This document shows positions 54,571 to 63,152 of a stretch of DNA of 64,000 nt, piece by piece. Location: positions 16,129-80,128 of the forward strand of contig JBBDZX010000003.1 of the NCBI GenBank assembly GCA_040899905.1, in the 5' to 3' direction. Source of the stretch: Anaerolineales bacterium (GTDB lineage Bacteria; Chloroflexota; Anaerolineae; Anaerolineales; E44-bin32). Below the pieces are notes generated by a model. That model worked only from the letters and a program-made list of their open reading frames with translations. It was not told where the DNA came from and did not search any database. A program made the translations under genes and the position numbers. Every line of letters begins with the position of its first letter. Within the stretch, counting starts at the first letter, position 1.

Positions 54571-57500
54571 TTAACTGGTGGGAGCGACCCGAACCGACCC
54601 GGTCCCCAGCAGGCCCTCGAGCTGGGCTTTCAGTTCGGCGCAGAAGCCCGTCGACGAGTTGGGGAATTCGAGGGAGTAACGACGCGAGGACTCATACACA
54701 TCGAAGACAAAGGGATCCGCTCCGGGATACGAGTTCAATAGACCGTGCACGCGACGCATACGCCGCGCGTCCCGCACCTTGTCTCCCGTCGAGCGGAGGA
54801 TGACCGTCACCAGCCGCCGACCCGCAAGCGGTGTCGCCGGAACAATCTGTATCTCGGTCTCTACCACCAGGGCGGCCACCTCGGTGCGGACATCCACAAG
54901 CATACTGCCCGCCACCTCACCCACGACCTCGATAGGACTGAACGGGAACTCACCCCCCGCGTCGTAGGCGGGCTGAACCGGGAAGGGAACATCCGCATCG
55001 GTCCCGGCGGTGTCGAGGGATGCCGGAACGGAGGTGGGGGCCGCCACCGGATACGATTCCAAAGTCCGGATCTCCTGCACCAGCAGCTTGGCATCTCCCC
55101 GCTCTGCATCCACTTTACCGGTCACCACGACGATGAGCTCCGATTGGAGCCAGGATCCGATCCGATCCCAGACCCGGGTGAAGACGACGAGCTCGACCGC
55201 CCCTTGAAGGTCTTCCACTGTGACAAAGGCCATGTTCTTCCCGCTGCGGGTCAGGTAGGGCCGAATGTGGGTCACTTCCCCGCCCACCGTCACCGTTTCT
55301 CCGGATCCGGCCTCGCCGAGCTCCGCACTGAAGTGGGTGACGATTTGGGTCAGCCGCTCGAGATGCGGTGTCAGGGGGTGATCGGAGGCGTACACGCCCA
55401 ACAGCTCACGCTCCCAGGCAAGCTGCTGCCGCCGCGGAAGGTCGGCCGTAGTCGGCAGCTGGATCGTGTCCGGAGGCGCGGCGGAGGCGGAGAAAAGGTT
55501 GAGCTGGCCGATCTCGGCCGCCCGAAAGTGGGTGGCCGAGACGCTCAGAATCTGGTCCAGCGCTTCCAAGAGCGCGCCCCGTGACCCCAGGCGGTCCAGC
55601 GCCCCCACGCGGACGAGACTTTCGAGAGCTCGCTTTCCCACATGGCGCAGATCCACCCGGCGGGCGAAGTCCTCGATTCCGCGAAACTCGCCTGCCACCC
55701 CGCGGGCTTCCAAGACGGCCGCCACAGCCCCTTCGCCGACGTTTTTGACTGCCCCCAATCCAAATCGAATGGCGGCCTGCCCCGGCTCGGAAAGGTCGAT
55801 CTCGAAGTCCAGGCCGCTCCGCTGGAGATCCGGGGGAAGGATTGCGATCCCCATCCGCCGGCAGTCGGCACTGTAGAGAGCCACTCGAGCCGTGTCCCCC
55901 CGGAACACGGACAGAAGAGCGGTCATGTATTCAAGCGGGTAGTGCGCCTTCAGGTACGCCGTTTCGACACAGATCACGGCATAGTCGGCGGCATGTCCCT
56001 TCGGAAAGCCGTATCGAGCGAAGGCCTCCCAGTCATCGAAGATCGCCTCGGCGGAGTCCCGAGGCACTCCATGCGACACCGCGCCGGAGACGAACTTATC
56101 CCTCTGTTGACGCAAAGCCTTTTCTTTCTTCTTGGCAACCGCGACCCGCAGGTTATCGGCCTCGGTGGCAGAGTAACCGGCCAACTGCATGGCCGTGTAC
56201 ATGATCTGTTCCTGGTAGACGGTGATCCCGTACGTTTCCCCCAATACGGGCTCGAGTGTCTCGTGTCGAAACGTGACGGGTTCCTCTCCATGCATACGGC
56301 GAATGTACGTGGGAATGAAGTCCATCGGGCCCGGTCGATAGAGCGCGACCATGGCGACGACGTGCGGCAGGTGCCGGGGCTTCATCTCCATCAAGTAACG
56401 CCGCATCCCGGCGCCCTCGACTTGGAATACACCCAAGACGTCGCCTCGGCCCAGCAGGGCATACGTCGCTTCATCATCCAGCGGGATCGAATCGATGTCG
56501 AGGGCGACACCGGTCCGCTCTCGGATCATGGCGCACGCCCGGGCCATCACGGTGAGGGTGGAGAGACCGAGGAAATCTACCTTCAGCAGGCCGAGGGACT
56601 CGAGGACCTGCATCTCGAACTGTGTGACCGCGCCGATCGGATTGTCTTCCGGCGCGCCTTTCGTGGGACGGTGCAGGGGCAGATACTCCGTGATCGGCCG
56701 GTCCGTGATGATCACGCCGGCGGCGTGGGTGCCGGCGTTGCGGACAACCCCCTCGAGCCGCGTGGCCGTGTCGATCAGTTCATGCAGATAGGGCGCGCTG
56801 TCGTAGATCTCCCGGAAGGCAGGGACGGATTCCAGGACCTCGGTCAGCGTCACGGGTTTGCCTGGGATTTGCGGGATGAGCTTGGCGACCCGATCGACCT
56901 CGGGCAGGGGCACATCGAGGACCCTTCCCACGTCCCGGATGGCCGCCCTCGCTCCCAACGTCCCGAAGGTGATGATTTGCGCCACGCGGTCGCGGCCGTA
57001 CTTGGCTGCGGCGTACTCGAGCATCTCGGACCGCCGATCGTCCTGGAAGTCCAAATCAATGTCGGGCATGGAGACGCGACCCGGGTTGAGGAACCGTTCG
57101 AAGATCAGACCATGGCCGATCGGATCGACCAGGGTGATCTCCAGACAGTAGGCCACCAGAGAACCCGCGGCCGAGCCCCGCGCGTTGTACCAGATTCCCT
57201 TCTCTCGGGCATATCGACACAAGTCCCAGACGATGAGGAAATAGGTGTCGAAGCCCATTTGGTGAATGATCCCGAGTTCGGTCTCGAGGCGCGATCGCAG
57301 CGCCGTATCTCCTGCGCGATCCGGGTAGCGGCGCGGCAAGCCGTGCTCGCAGAGCGATCGCAAGTATGCGTCGGCCGTTCGGCCGTCGGGCAAGGGGAAG
57401 TGCGGCAGGTGATAGCCTTTGAATTCCAAGTCGACCGCGCAGCGTTCGGCGATCCACAACGTGTTCGAAAGAGCCTCGGGGACCTCGGAAAAGAGCGATT

Positions 57501-58251
57501 GCATTTCTTCCGGAGTCCGCAGGTAATACGAAGAATCCGTCATCCGCATGCGGTCCGGGTCGCTGCGAAGAGCGCCGGTCTGGATGCACAGGAGAATGTC
57601 CTGCAGGTCGGCTTCCGAAGGTTCCACATAGTGGACGTCGTTCGTCGCCACGAGCCTCGCTTGGTAATGTGGGGCCAACTCCCGCAGGGCGGTGTTCACG
57701 GCCGGCAGCTCGGGGATGGCGTGATCCTGAAGTTCGATGAAGAAGCGGTCCTTCCCGAAGACCTCGAAATACCAATCGAGCGAGCGGCGGGCGTCTGCCG
57801 TCCGGCCCTCCAGCAGGGCCCGTGGGACCTCACCAGAAAGGCATCCGGTCGTGCAAAGGAGCCCCTGGCTGTGTTCCGCCAGGTACTCTCGATCGATGCG
57901 CGGGCGGTAATAGAAGCCTTGCAATTGCGCCGCCGTCGCAATCTGAAGAAGATTGCGATAGCCTGCGTCGTTTTCCGCCAACAATAGGAGGTGATAGGAC
58001 TTGGAATCGAGGTGCGGGTCTCGATCGGCCATGGACCGGGGCGCCAAGTACGCTTCCATGCCGAGGATGGGTTTGACTCCCTCGGCGCGTGCCTTTTGAT
58101 AGAAGTCCATGACTCCGAAGAGAGTCCCGTGGTCGGTCAGTGCGATCGCAGGCATGCCCAGGGCGCGCGCCCGCTCGACCAACGCCGGAATCCGGCTCAG
58201 GCCGTCGAGAAGAGAGTATTCCGAGTGAACATGCAGATGGACGAACGACAT
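54571..58251 (-). CDS. dnaE: DNA polymerase III alpha subunit
   Basis: PHP N-terminus MSFVHLHVHSEYSLLDG. Palm and fingers motifs. OB-fold C-terminus. ATG at 58251. The track's upstream extension to 58374 is not supported. Confidence 0.95.
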   Translation of the reverse strand: MSFVHLHVHSEYSLLDGLSRIPALVERARALGMPAIALTDHGTLFGVMDFYQKARAEGVKPILGMEAYLAPRSMADRDPHLDSKSYHLLLLAENDAGYRNLLQIATAAQLQGFYYRPRIDREYLAEHSQGLLCTTGCLSGEVPRALLEGRTADARRSLDWYFEVFGKDRFFIELQDHAIPELPAVNTALRELAPHYQARLVATNDVHYVEPSEADLQDILLCIQTGALRSDPDRMRMTDSSYYLRTPEEMQSLFSEVPEALSNTLWIAERCAVDLEFKGYHLPHFPLPDGRTADAYLRSLCEHGLPRRYPDRAGDTALRSRLETELGIIHQMGFDTYFLIVWDLCRYAREKGIWYNARGSAAGSLVAYCLEITLVDPIGHGLIFERFLNPGRVSMPDIDLDFQDDRRSEMLEYAAAKYGRDRVAQIITFGTLGARAAIRDVGRVLDVPLPEVDRVAKLIPQIPGKPVTLTEVLESVPAFREIYDSAPYLHELIDTATRLEGVVRNAGTHAAGVIITDRPITEYLPLHRPTKGAPEDNPIGAVTQFEMQVLESLGLLKVDFLGLSTLTVMARACAMIRERTGVALDIDSIPLDDEATYALLGRGDVLGVFQVEGAGMRRYLMEMKPRHLPHVVAMVALYRPGPMDFIPTYIRRMHGEEPVTFRHETLEPVLGETYGITVYQEQIMYTAMQLAGYSATEADNLRVAVAKKKEKALRQQRDKFVSGAVSHGVPRDSAEAIFDDWEAFARYGFPKGHAADYAVICVETAYLKAHYPLEYMTALLSVFRGDTARVALYSADCRRMGIAILPPDLQRSGLDFEIDLSEPGQAAIRFGLGAVKNVGEGAVAAVLEARGVAGEFRGIEDFARRVDLRHVGKRALESLVRVGALDRLGSRGALLEALDQILSVSATHFRAAEIGQLNLFSASAAPPDTIQLPTTADLPRRQQLAWERELLGVYASDHPLTPHLERLTQIVTHFSAELGEAGSGETVTVGGEVTHIRPYLTRSGKNMAFVTVEDLQGAVELVVFTRVWDRIGSWLQSELIVVVTGKVDAERGDAKLLVQEIRTLESYPVAAPTSVPASLDTAGTDADVPFPVQPAYDAGGEFPFSPIEVVGEVAGSMLVDVRTEVAALVVETEIQIVPATPLAGRRLVTVILRSTGDKVRDARRMRRVHGLLNSYPGADPFVFDVYESSRRYSLEFPNSSTGFCAELKAQLEGLLGTGSVRVAPTS

Positions 58252-58299
58252 CAGGTGGCGCCGGCCCCGGACCCGCAGGGGCCGGGGGAGGAGCCAACG

Positions 58300-58305
58300 A
58301 TTATA
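58300..58305 (-). promoter_or_regulatory. Possible dnaE -10 box (TATAAT on the minus strand)
   Basis: Plus-strand ATTATA lies about 49 nt upstream of the dnaE ATG. Confidence 0.3.
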
Positions 58306-58427
58306 GCGCGCGGCCTCGGGCTCGCCAGCCCTCTCGGCCGCGCAGGCCACGCCCTCGCCGGAGGTAAAGTACATCTCGTCCGCGTCGAACCGGCGGAAAT
58401 CGCTTTGCGCTCGCAGGAGGATTCCCG

Positions 58428-59327
58428 ATGACCAGACCCACGTTCGGGTGGGTGCTTTCGCCAGCCGCGCGCGCCCCGGAGGGAGCCGCCACGCTTCACG
58501 CTGAGAACCGCCGCTTCTTGGAGCGTATCCAAGGCGCCATCGACACCGTTTGGGTCGAAGACCACTTCCAGTGGGGTGAACGACCCGTGGTCGAAGGGTG
58601 GACCGCTCTCACCTACTGGGCTGCCCAAAGACCGGAACTCCGGTTCGGCACGCTAGTCCTCGGCCAGTCGTATCGGAACCCCGCCTTGGTCGCCAAGCTG
58701 TTTGCCACCCTACATTGGCTTCGAGGCGGTCGCTTGATTGCGGGCGTCGGCGCAGGCTGGAAGCGGGACGAATACGAGGCCTATGGCTGGCCCTACCCCT
58801 CGGCGAAGATCCGGCTCGAGCAGCTTGAAGATGCGGTGCAGATTCTGCGCGCCATGTGGTCCAGCTCTCCCGCCACGTACCATGGTCGCCACTATTCGAT
58901 CCAGGACGCCTACTGTGAACCGCGGATCGATCCCATGCCGCCGCTGCTCATTGCCGGCGCCGGCGAGAGAGTGACCCTGCGCCTGGCCGCACGCTTCGCC
59001 GATTGGATGAACATCCCCTTCCGGGACTATGACACGACGGCCCGCAAGCTGGATGTGTTTGAGCGCCACGGCCGCGAGCTGGGAAGGTCGTTGGACGATG
59101 TCACCCGCTCGTACTACGCCTTCCTCTCCGTCACGAGAGATGCTACGCCCCCGGAGCCTCGGCCGGACCTTCATATGATATGGGGGACGCCCGACTCCGT
59201 CGCAGCCCAGATGCGGCGCTTCGCCGCTCTGGGGATTGAGCATTTCATGCTCCGCTTCGTCGACTTCCCCTCCCAGACGGGGCTGGATCTGTTCCTGGAG
59301 CAGGTGCTGCCACAATTGCGAGGGTAG
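58428..59327 (+). CDS. Luciferase-like (LLM-class) flavin/F420-dependent oxidoreductase
   Basis: FGTLVLGQSYRNPALVAK...AGVGAGW...RLEQLEDAVQILRAMW is the typical LLM pattern. Confidence 0.8.
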   Translation: MTRPTFGWVLSPAARAPEGAATLHAENRRFLERIQGAIDTVWVEDHFQWGERPVVEGWTALTYWAAQRPELRFGTLVLGQSYRNPALVAKLFATLHWLRGGRLIAGVGAGWKRDEYEAYGWPYPSAKIRLEQLEDAVQILRAMWSSSPATYHGRHYSIQDAYCEPRIDPMPPLLIAGAGERVTLRLAARFADWMNIPFRDYDTTARKLDVFERHGRELGRSLDDVTRSYYAFLSVTRDATPPEPRPDLHMIWGTPDSVAAQMRRFAALGIEHFMLRFVDFPSQTGLDLFLEQVLPQLRG

Positions 59328-59408
59328 CCGGCGCTGTGGGGACTCGGCAGGGTTTGATCAAGCTGGTTGTGGAGCCACCGAGCCTCGACGGCCGTAGATC
59401 GGGCCGCC

Positions 59409-59438
59409 TTGACTCCGACTCCTCGTGGGCGGTAGAAT
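59409..59438 (+). promoter_or_regulatory. Sigma70-type promoter TTGACT-18 nt-TAGAAT for the tRNA cluster
   Basis: TTGACT at 59409-59414 and TAGAAT at 59433-59438. tRNA-Ser starts at 59470. Confidence 0.55.
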
Positions 59439-59469
59439 GGCGTGGCTCGGGAAGGGAGGCGTCGGACCC

Positions 59470-59558
<89 letters not shown>

Positions 59559-59569
59559 GGGCGCACCTC

Positions 59570-59662
59570 GGGGAGGTGCCGGAGTGGCCGATCGGGGGCG
59601 CCTGCTAAGCGCTTGTCGGGGTCGTATAGCCTCGACCGAGGGTTCGAATCCCTCCCTCCCCG
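59570..59662 (+). tRNA. tRNA-Ser (anticodon GCU)
   Basis: Acceptor GGGGAGG/CCTCCCC. Anticodon loop CT-GCT-AA. Long variable arm. T arm GAGGG-TTCGAAT-CCCTC. Confidence 0.88.
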
Positions 59663-59723
59663 CCTGAGTCATGCGGAGGCGCAAACCAGGCTCCCCCAAC
59701 CAGGGCGACGCGATCGCCCGTAT

Positions 59724-59796
59724 GCCCTCGTAGCTCAGTGGATAGAGCACTTGCTTGCGGAGCAAGGGGTCGCGTGTTCAAGTCGCGCCGAGGGCG
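59724..59796 (+). tRNA. tRNA-Arg (anticodon GCG)
   Basis: Acceptor GCCCTCG/CGAGGGC. D arm GCTC-AGTGGATA-GAGC. Anticodon stem CTTGC/GCAAG with loop TT-GCG-GA (59755-59761). T arm GCGTG-TTCAAGT-CGCGC. Confidence 0.85.
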
Positions 59797-59801
59797 CTGA
59801 G

Positions 59802-59844
59802 AGGCCGCTCATCCCATCGCCACGTGGATGAGCGGCCTTATCTC
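59802..59844 (+). terminator. Probable terminator of the tRNA operon
   Basis: 13-bp stem AGGCCGCTCATCC / GGATGAGCGGCCT followed by TATCTC. Confidence 0.55.
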
Positions 59845-59890
59845 AAAGTTGTCGTGAAGGCGGATCGCCAACGGGTAGGAGGAGAGCGGA

Positions 59891-60112
59891 ATGGGCTTGT
59901 TGATCCTCATGGCAACGGCAGCGGTCCGGCACACAGGGCTCGGCGCCCCCCCTGCCTACCTCGATCCTGGATCCGGAAGCTTTCTCCTTCAACTCTTGAT
60001 CGCAGGCATCGTCGGCGGCCTCTTTCTGCTGCGGATGTCTTGGGGAAAAGTGAAAGCCTTTTTCCGAAGGGTGTTTACAGGCAAGCGCGACAAGTCGATC
60101 GATGAAGGTTGA
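59891..60112 (+). CDS. Small membrane protein (73 aa) with a YLDPGSGS motif
   Basis: ATG preceded by GGTAGGAGGAG. Hydrophobic FLLQLLIAGIVGGLFLL followed by a basic tail. Confidence 0.6.
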   Translation: MGLLILMATAAVRHTGLGAPPAYLDPGSGSFLLQLLIAGIVGGLFLLRMSWGKVKAFFRRVFTGKRDKSIDEG

Positions 60113-61484
60113 AGGGAGGCTCTCCGCCTCCTTTCGCGATCCCAGCGGCTTCCTCTACCACCACGAAGACACTCTCTACCGTCAGGTAAACCAGGCCTAC
60201 CAGGCTCCCTTTGAGGCGGCGGAACAGTCCGGCCTTTTCGAGGACCTCTGGAAGGCGGGCCTGCTGATCCGGCATGAAGCCGTGCTGGTGCCTGCACTCG
60301 AACCCTCGCTCGCTTGGAAGGTGATCCGGCCGGAAGCCCTCGAGTTCGTCTCCTATCCGTACGAGTGGTCCTTCAGTCAATTGCGCGACGCCGCCCTAGC
60401 AACACTCGAAGTCCAGCGACGCGCCCTCCAGCGCGGGATGAGCCTGAAAGATGCCAGTGCCTACAATATCCAATTCCATCGGGGCCGGCCCGTTCTTGTC
60501 GACAGCCTATCGTTTGAGATCCTCCGTCCCGACCAGCCCTGGGTGGCGTACCGCCAATTCTGCCAGCACTTTCTTGCGCCGCTGGCCTTGATGGCATTGC
60601 GCGATGTGCGGCTTGGGCAGCTGTTACGCATCCATTTGGACGGTGTCCCTCTCGACCTCGCCAGCCGACTTCTCCCCCGCGGCTCCTGGGCGCGCTTTTC
60701 GCTTCTGGTACACCTTCATCTGCACGCCCTCTCCCAACAGCGATTCGCCGGTCGTCCTGTTGGGAAAGATGGGCGCCAGGTGCGCATGGGACTGCCCGCC
60801 CTCCGAGGACTGGTCGACAGCCTTGGGTCAGCCGTGCGGGGCCTGCGCTGGGTGCCCACCGGGACTCCTTGGGCAGGGTACCAGACCACCGATTCCTATT
60901 CCGCCGTCGGCGCGAGTGCCAAGCAAGACTTGGTGGCGGCTTTCCTACGTCGTGCGAAACCCAGGGTCTTATGGGACCTGGGAGCCAACACGGGTGCCTT
61001 TAGCCGTTTGGCTTCCGGCCAGGGGGTCTTCACGGTGGCATGGGATCTCGATCCTGGCGCGGTCGAGCGAAATTACCTGGCGGCCCGGGAGGGCTCCGAT
61101 CCGAATCTGTTCCCCCTCCTGCTCGATCTCGCCAATCCGACCCCAGGTATCGGGTGGGACCTGGCCGAGCGCAGTTCTTTTTTCGACCGGGGGCCGGCTG
61201 ACGCGCTGCTCGCCCTAGCCCTGGTCCACCATCTTGCGATTGGCAACAATGTCCCGTTGGCATCCCTGGCGCGCACGTTCCGACGCATGGGCGATTGGCT
61301 CGCGGTCGAGTTCGTCCCGAAAGAAGACCCCCAAACGCGCCGCCTCTTGGCGAGCCGGGAGGATATCTTCCCGGAGTACGACCGGAGAGGCTTCGAAGCC
61401 GCTTTTCGCGAGCACTTCCAGGTTCTCGAAGCCAATCCAATCCCCGAGTCGCAACGCGTCCTGTTCACGATGAAGGGGAAGTAA
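60102..61484 (+). CDS. Class I SAM-dependent methyltransferase (NoeA-like architecture)
   Basis: SAM motif I VLWDLGANTGAFS and LALALVHHL. An N-terminal extension of about 250 aa. 11-nt overlap with the previous ORF. Confidence 0.7.
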   Translation: MKVEGRLSASFRDPSGFLYHHEDTLYRQVNQAYQAPFEAAEQSGLFEDLWKAGLLIRHEAVLVPALEPSLAWKVIRPEALEFVSYPYEWSFSQLRDAALATLEVQRRALQRGMSLKDASAYNIQFHRGRPVLVDSLSFEILRPDQPWVAYRQFCQHFLAPLALMALRDVRLGQLLRIHLDGVPLDLASRLLPRGSWARFSLLVHLHLHALSQQRFAGRPVGKDGRQVRMGLPALRGLVDSLGSAVRGLRWVPTGTPWAGYQTTDSYSAVGASAKQDLVAAFLRRAKPRVLWDLGANTGAFSRLASGQGVFTVAWDLDPGAVERNYLAAREGSDPNLFPLLLDLANPTPGIGWDLAERSSFFDRGPADALLALALVHHLAIGNNVPLASLARTFRRMGDWLAVEFVPKEDPQTRRLLASREDIFPEYDRRGFEAAFREHFQVLEANPIPESQRVLFTMKGK

Positions 61485-61485
61485 C

Positions 61486-63066
61486 GTGATTCTCCATCCC
61501 CTGTTTCTGGCCGTGTACCCCGTCTTGGCTCTCCTCGAGGCCAACTGGGGACAGGTCGATCCTGGTGAGGCAGTCCGTCCCCTGCTGCTCAGCCTGGTCC
61601 TGGCGGGCGCGATCTGGGGTGGGTCGCGTTTGTGGGTGCGGGCGCCCGGTCGTTCGGCGCTCGTCACGTCTTTGGCTCTCGTGCTGTTTGTTTCCTATGG
61701 CCACGTGTACCAGGCGATCGAGGGCCGCGGGATCGCGGGCTTCGATCTAGGGCGCCACCGGTATCTGGTGCCTCTTTGGCTGGCCGCCTTCGCGGCCGGG
61801 ACATGGCGAATTTTGAGGATGGAGAATCCCCGCCCATGGAATCAGGCGCTCAACGCGGCCTCGTTCGCGGCCGTCGCGCTGCCGACCCTGGGCCTCCTGG
61901 GGAATGTCGTCCAGCCCCGGTCGGTTGCGGTCGTACCGCCACCACCCATGACGGCGGGCGCGGTCCTGCCGACTCGATCACCGCTGCCCGATGTGTATTT
62001 TGTTCTACTTGACATGTATGCCCGGGCTGACACCCTACAAGTCTTGTATGACTACGACAACCGCCCCTTTCTGGACGACTTGGAAAACTTGGGATTTGAA
62101 ATCCTCGACAACAGCCACAGCAACTATGGACAGACTTCCCTCTCCCTGGCGGGCACATTTCAGATGAGGTATCTGGACGACGTGTTTGGAACCGAGCGGC
62201 CCCAAGGGCAAGACCTGGGGCCCTTGTTCGCGTTGCTGGCCGACAATCCGGTCATGGAGTTGTTTCGTTCCTGGGGATATCGAATCGTGGCCTTCGGCTC
62301 CGGGTACCGCGGGACCGAGCTGGTTGGGGCCGATTTGTACTGGGCGCCGAATGCCTCCTCTCTCCAAGCGATGGATGCCCTGGGCGGACTCAATGCGTTT
62401 GAGGGTATGTTCCTACAGACGACGGCAGGAATCCTCCTGACCGAGAGCATTGCCTTCCTGCCCGAGTCCCTCCGTCCGGACCTGCAGACGCCGTTCCGCG
62501 CCCATCGTGAGCGGATCCTATTCGCGCTCGATCGATTGGATGACCTCCCTGAAATCCCGGGGCCCAAATTCGTCTTCCTGCACCTCGTCTCCCCCCACCC
62601 GCCCTTTGTTTTCGGTCCGAACGGCGAGGAGATTTCGCACCCGGAGGCGTACACCCTGCGCCAAGGCGTGTTCCAGGGATCTCGGCAGGACTATATCCAG
62701 GGGTACACCGATCAGCTCACCTACCTAAATCAGCGAGTGCTCGACGCCCTGCGGACCCTCCTGGCCACATCGGATCCGCCCCCGATTGTGGTCCTCCAGG
62801 GCGACCACGGCTCGGATGCCAGCTCTGTCGGGACCGATCCGGCACCGATCACCTACGTCCAGGAGCGGATGTCCATCTTGAACGCATTGCTCTTGCCGGG
62901 ATGCTCACGGGACGGACTCAAGGAGGATCTCACCTCCGTCAATACGTTCCGCCTCATTCTTCGCAACTGCTTCGGGCAGCCGATGACCCTCCTCGAGGAC
63001 CGGAGTTTCCTGTCGGCCTACACCAATCCCTATGCCTGGGACGAAGTGACGGGTCAGATTGACTAG
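61486..63066 (+). CDS. Membrane-anchored sulfatase / alkaline-phosphatase-superfamily protein (LTA-synthase or phosphotransferase-like)
   Basis: Five N-terminal TM spans. PDVYFVLLDMY metal-site region and VVLQGDHGS. Confidence 0.65.
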   Translation: MILHPLFLAVYPVLALLEANWGQVDPGEAVRPLLLSLVLAGAIWGGSRLWVRAPGRSALVTSLALVLFVSYGHVYQAIEGRGIAGFDLGRHRYLVPLWLAAFAAGTWRILRMENPRPWNQALNAASFAAVALPTLGLLGNVVQPRSVAVVPPPPMTAGAVLPTRSPLPDVYFVLLDMYARADTLQVLYDYDNRPFLDDLENLGFEILDNSHSNYGQTSLSLAGTFQMRYLDDVFGTERPQGQDLGPLFALLADNPVMELFRSWGYRIVAFGSGYRGTELVGADLYWAPNASSLQAMDALGGLNAFEGMFLQTTAGILLTESIAFLPESLRPDLQTPFRAHRERILFALDRLDDLPEIPGPKFVFLHLVSPHPPFVFGPNGEEISHPEAYTLRQGVFQGSRQDYIQGYTDQLTYLNQRVLDALRTLLATSDPPPIVVLQGDHGSDASSVGTDPAPITYVQERMSILNALLLPGCSRDGLKEDLTSVNTFRLILRNCFGQPMTLLEDRSFLSAYTNPYAWDEVTGQID

Positions 63067-63106
63067 GTCTGGATAGGCCACGGCCCCATGCATTCCTTTA
63101 AACGCA

Positions 63107-63128
63107 GCCGCCCCCTTGCGGGGGCGGC
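63107..63128. terminator. Bidirectional terminator hairpin
   Basis: GCCGCCCCC TTGC GGGGGCGGC between convergent genes. Flanked by TTTAAA on one side and ATTAGGTT on the other. Confidence 0.6.
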
Positions 63129-63152
63129 ATTAGGTTCGACAGAGCTTTGGCC

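Noticed and set aside
55642-57987. Very long antisense ORFs opposite real genes: 781 aa opposite dnaE, 458 aa at 24315..25691 opposite gyrA, 486 aa at 6105..7565, 466 aa at 34989..36389, 465 aa at 45484..46881, 344 aa at 2063..3097, and 363 aa at 26737..27828.
   Set aside because: All lie fully inside genes with unmistakable conserved motifs on the other strand. Their translations are Arg/Gly/Pro/Ala-rich low-complexity sequences with no motifs. This is the classic stop-codon-poor shadow frame of high-GC genomes.
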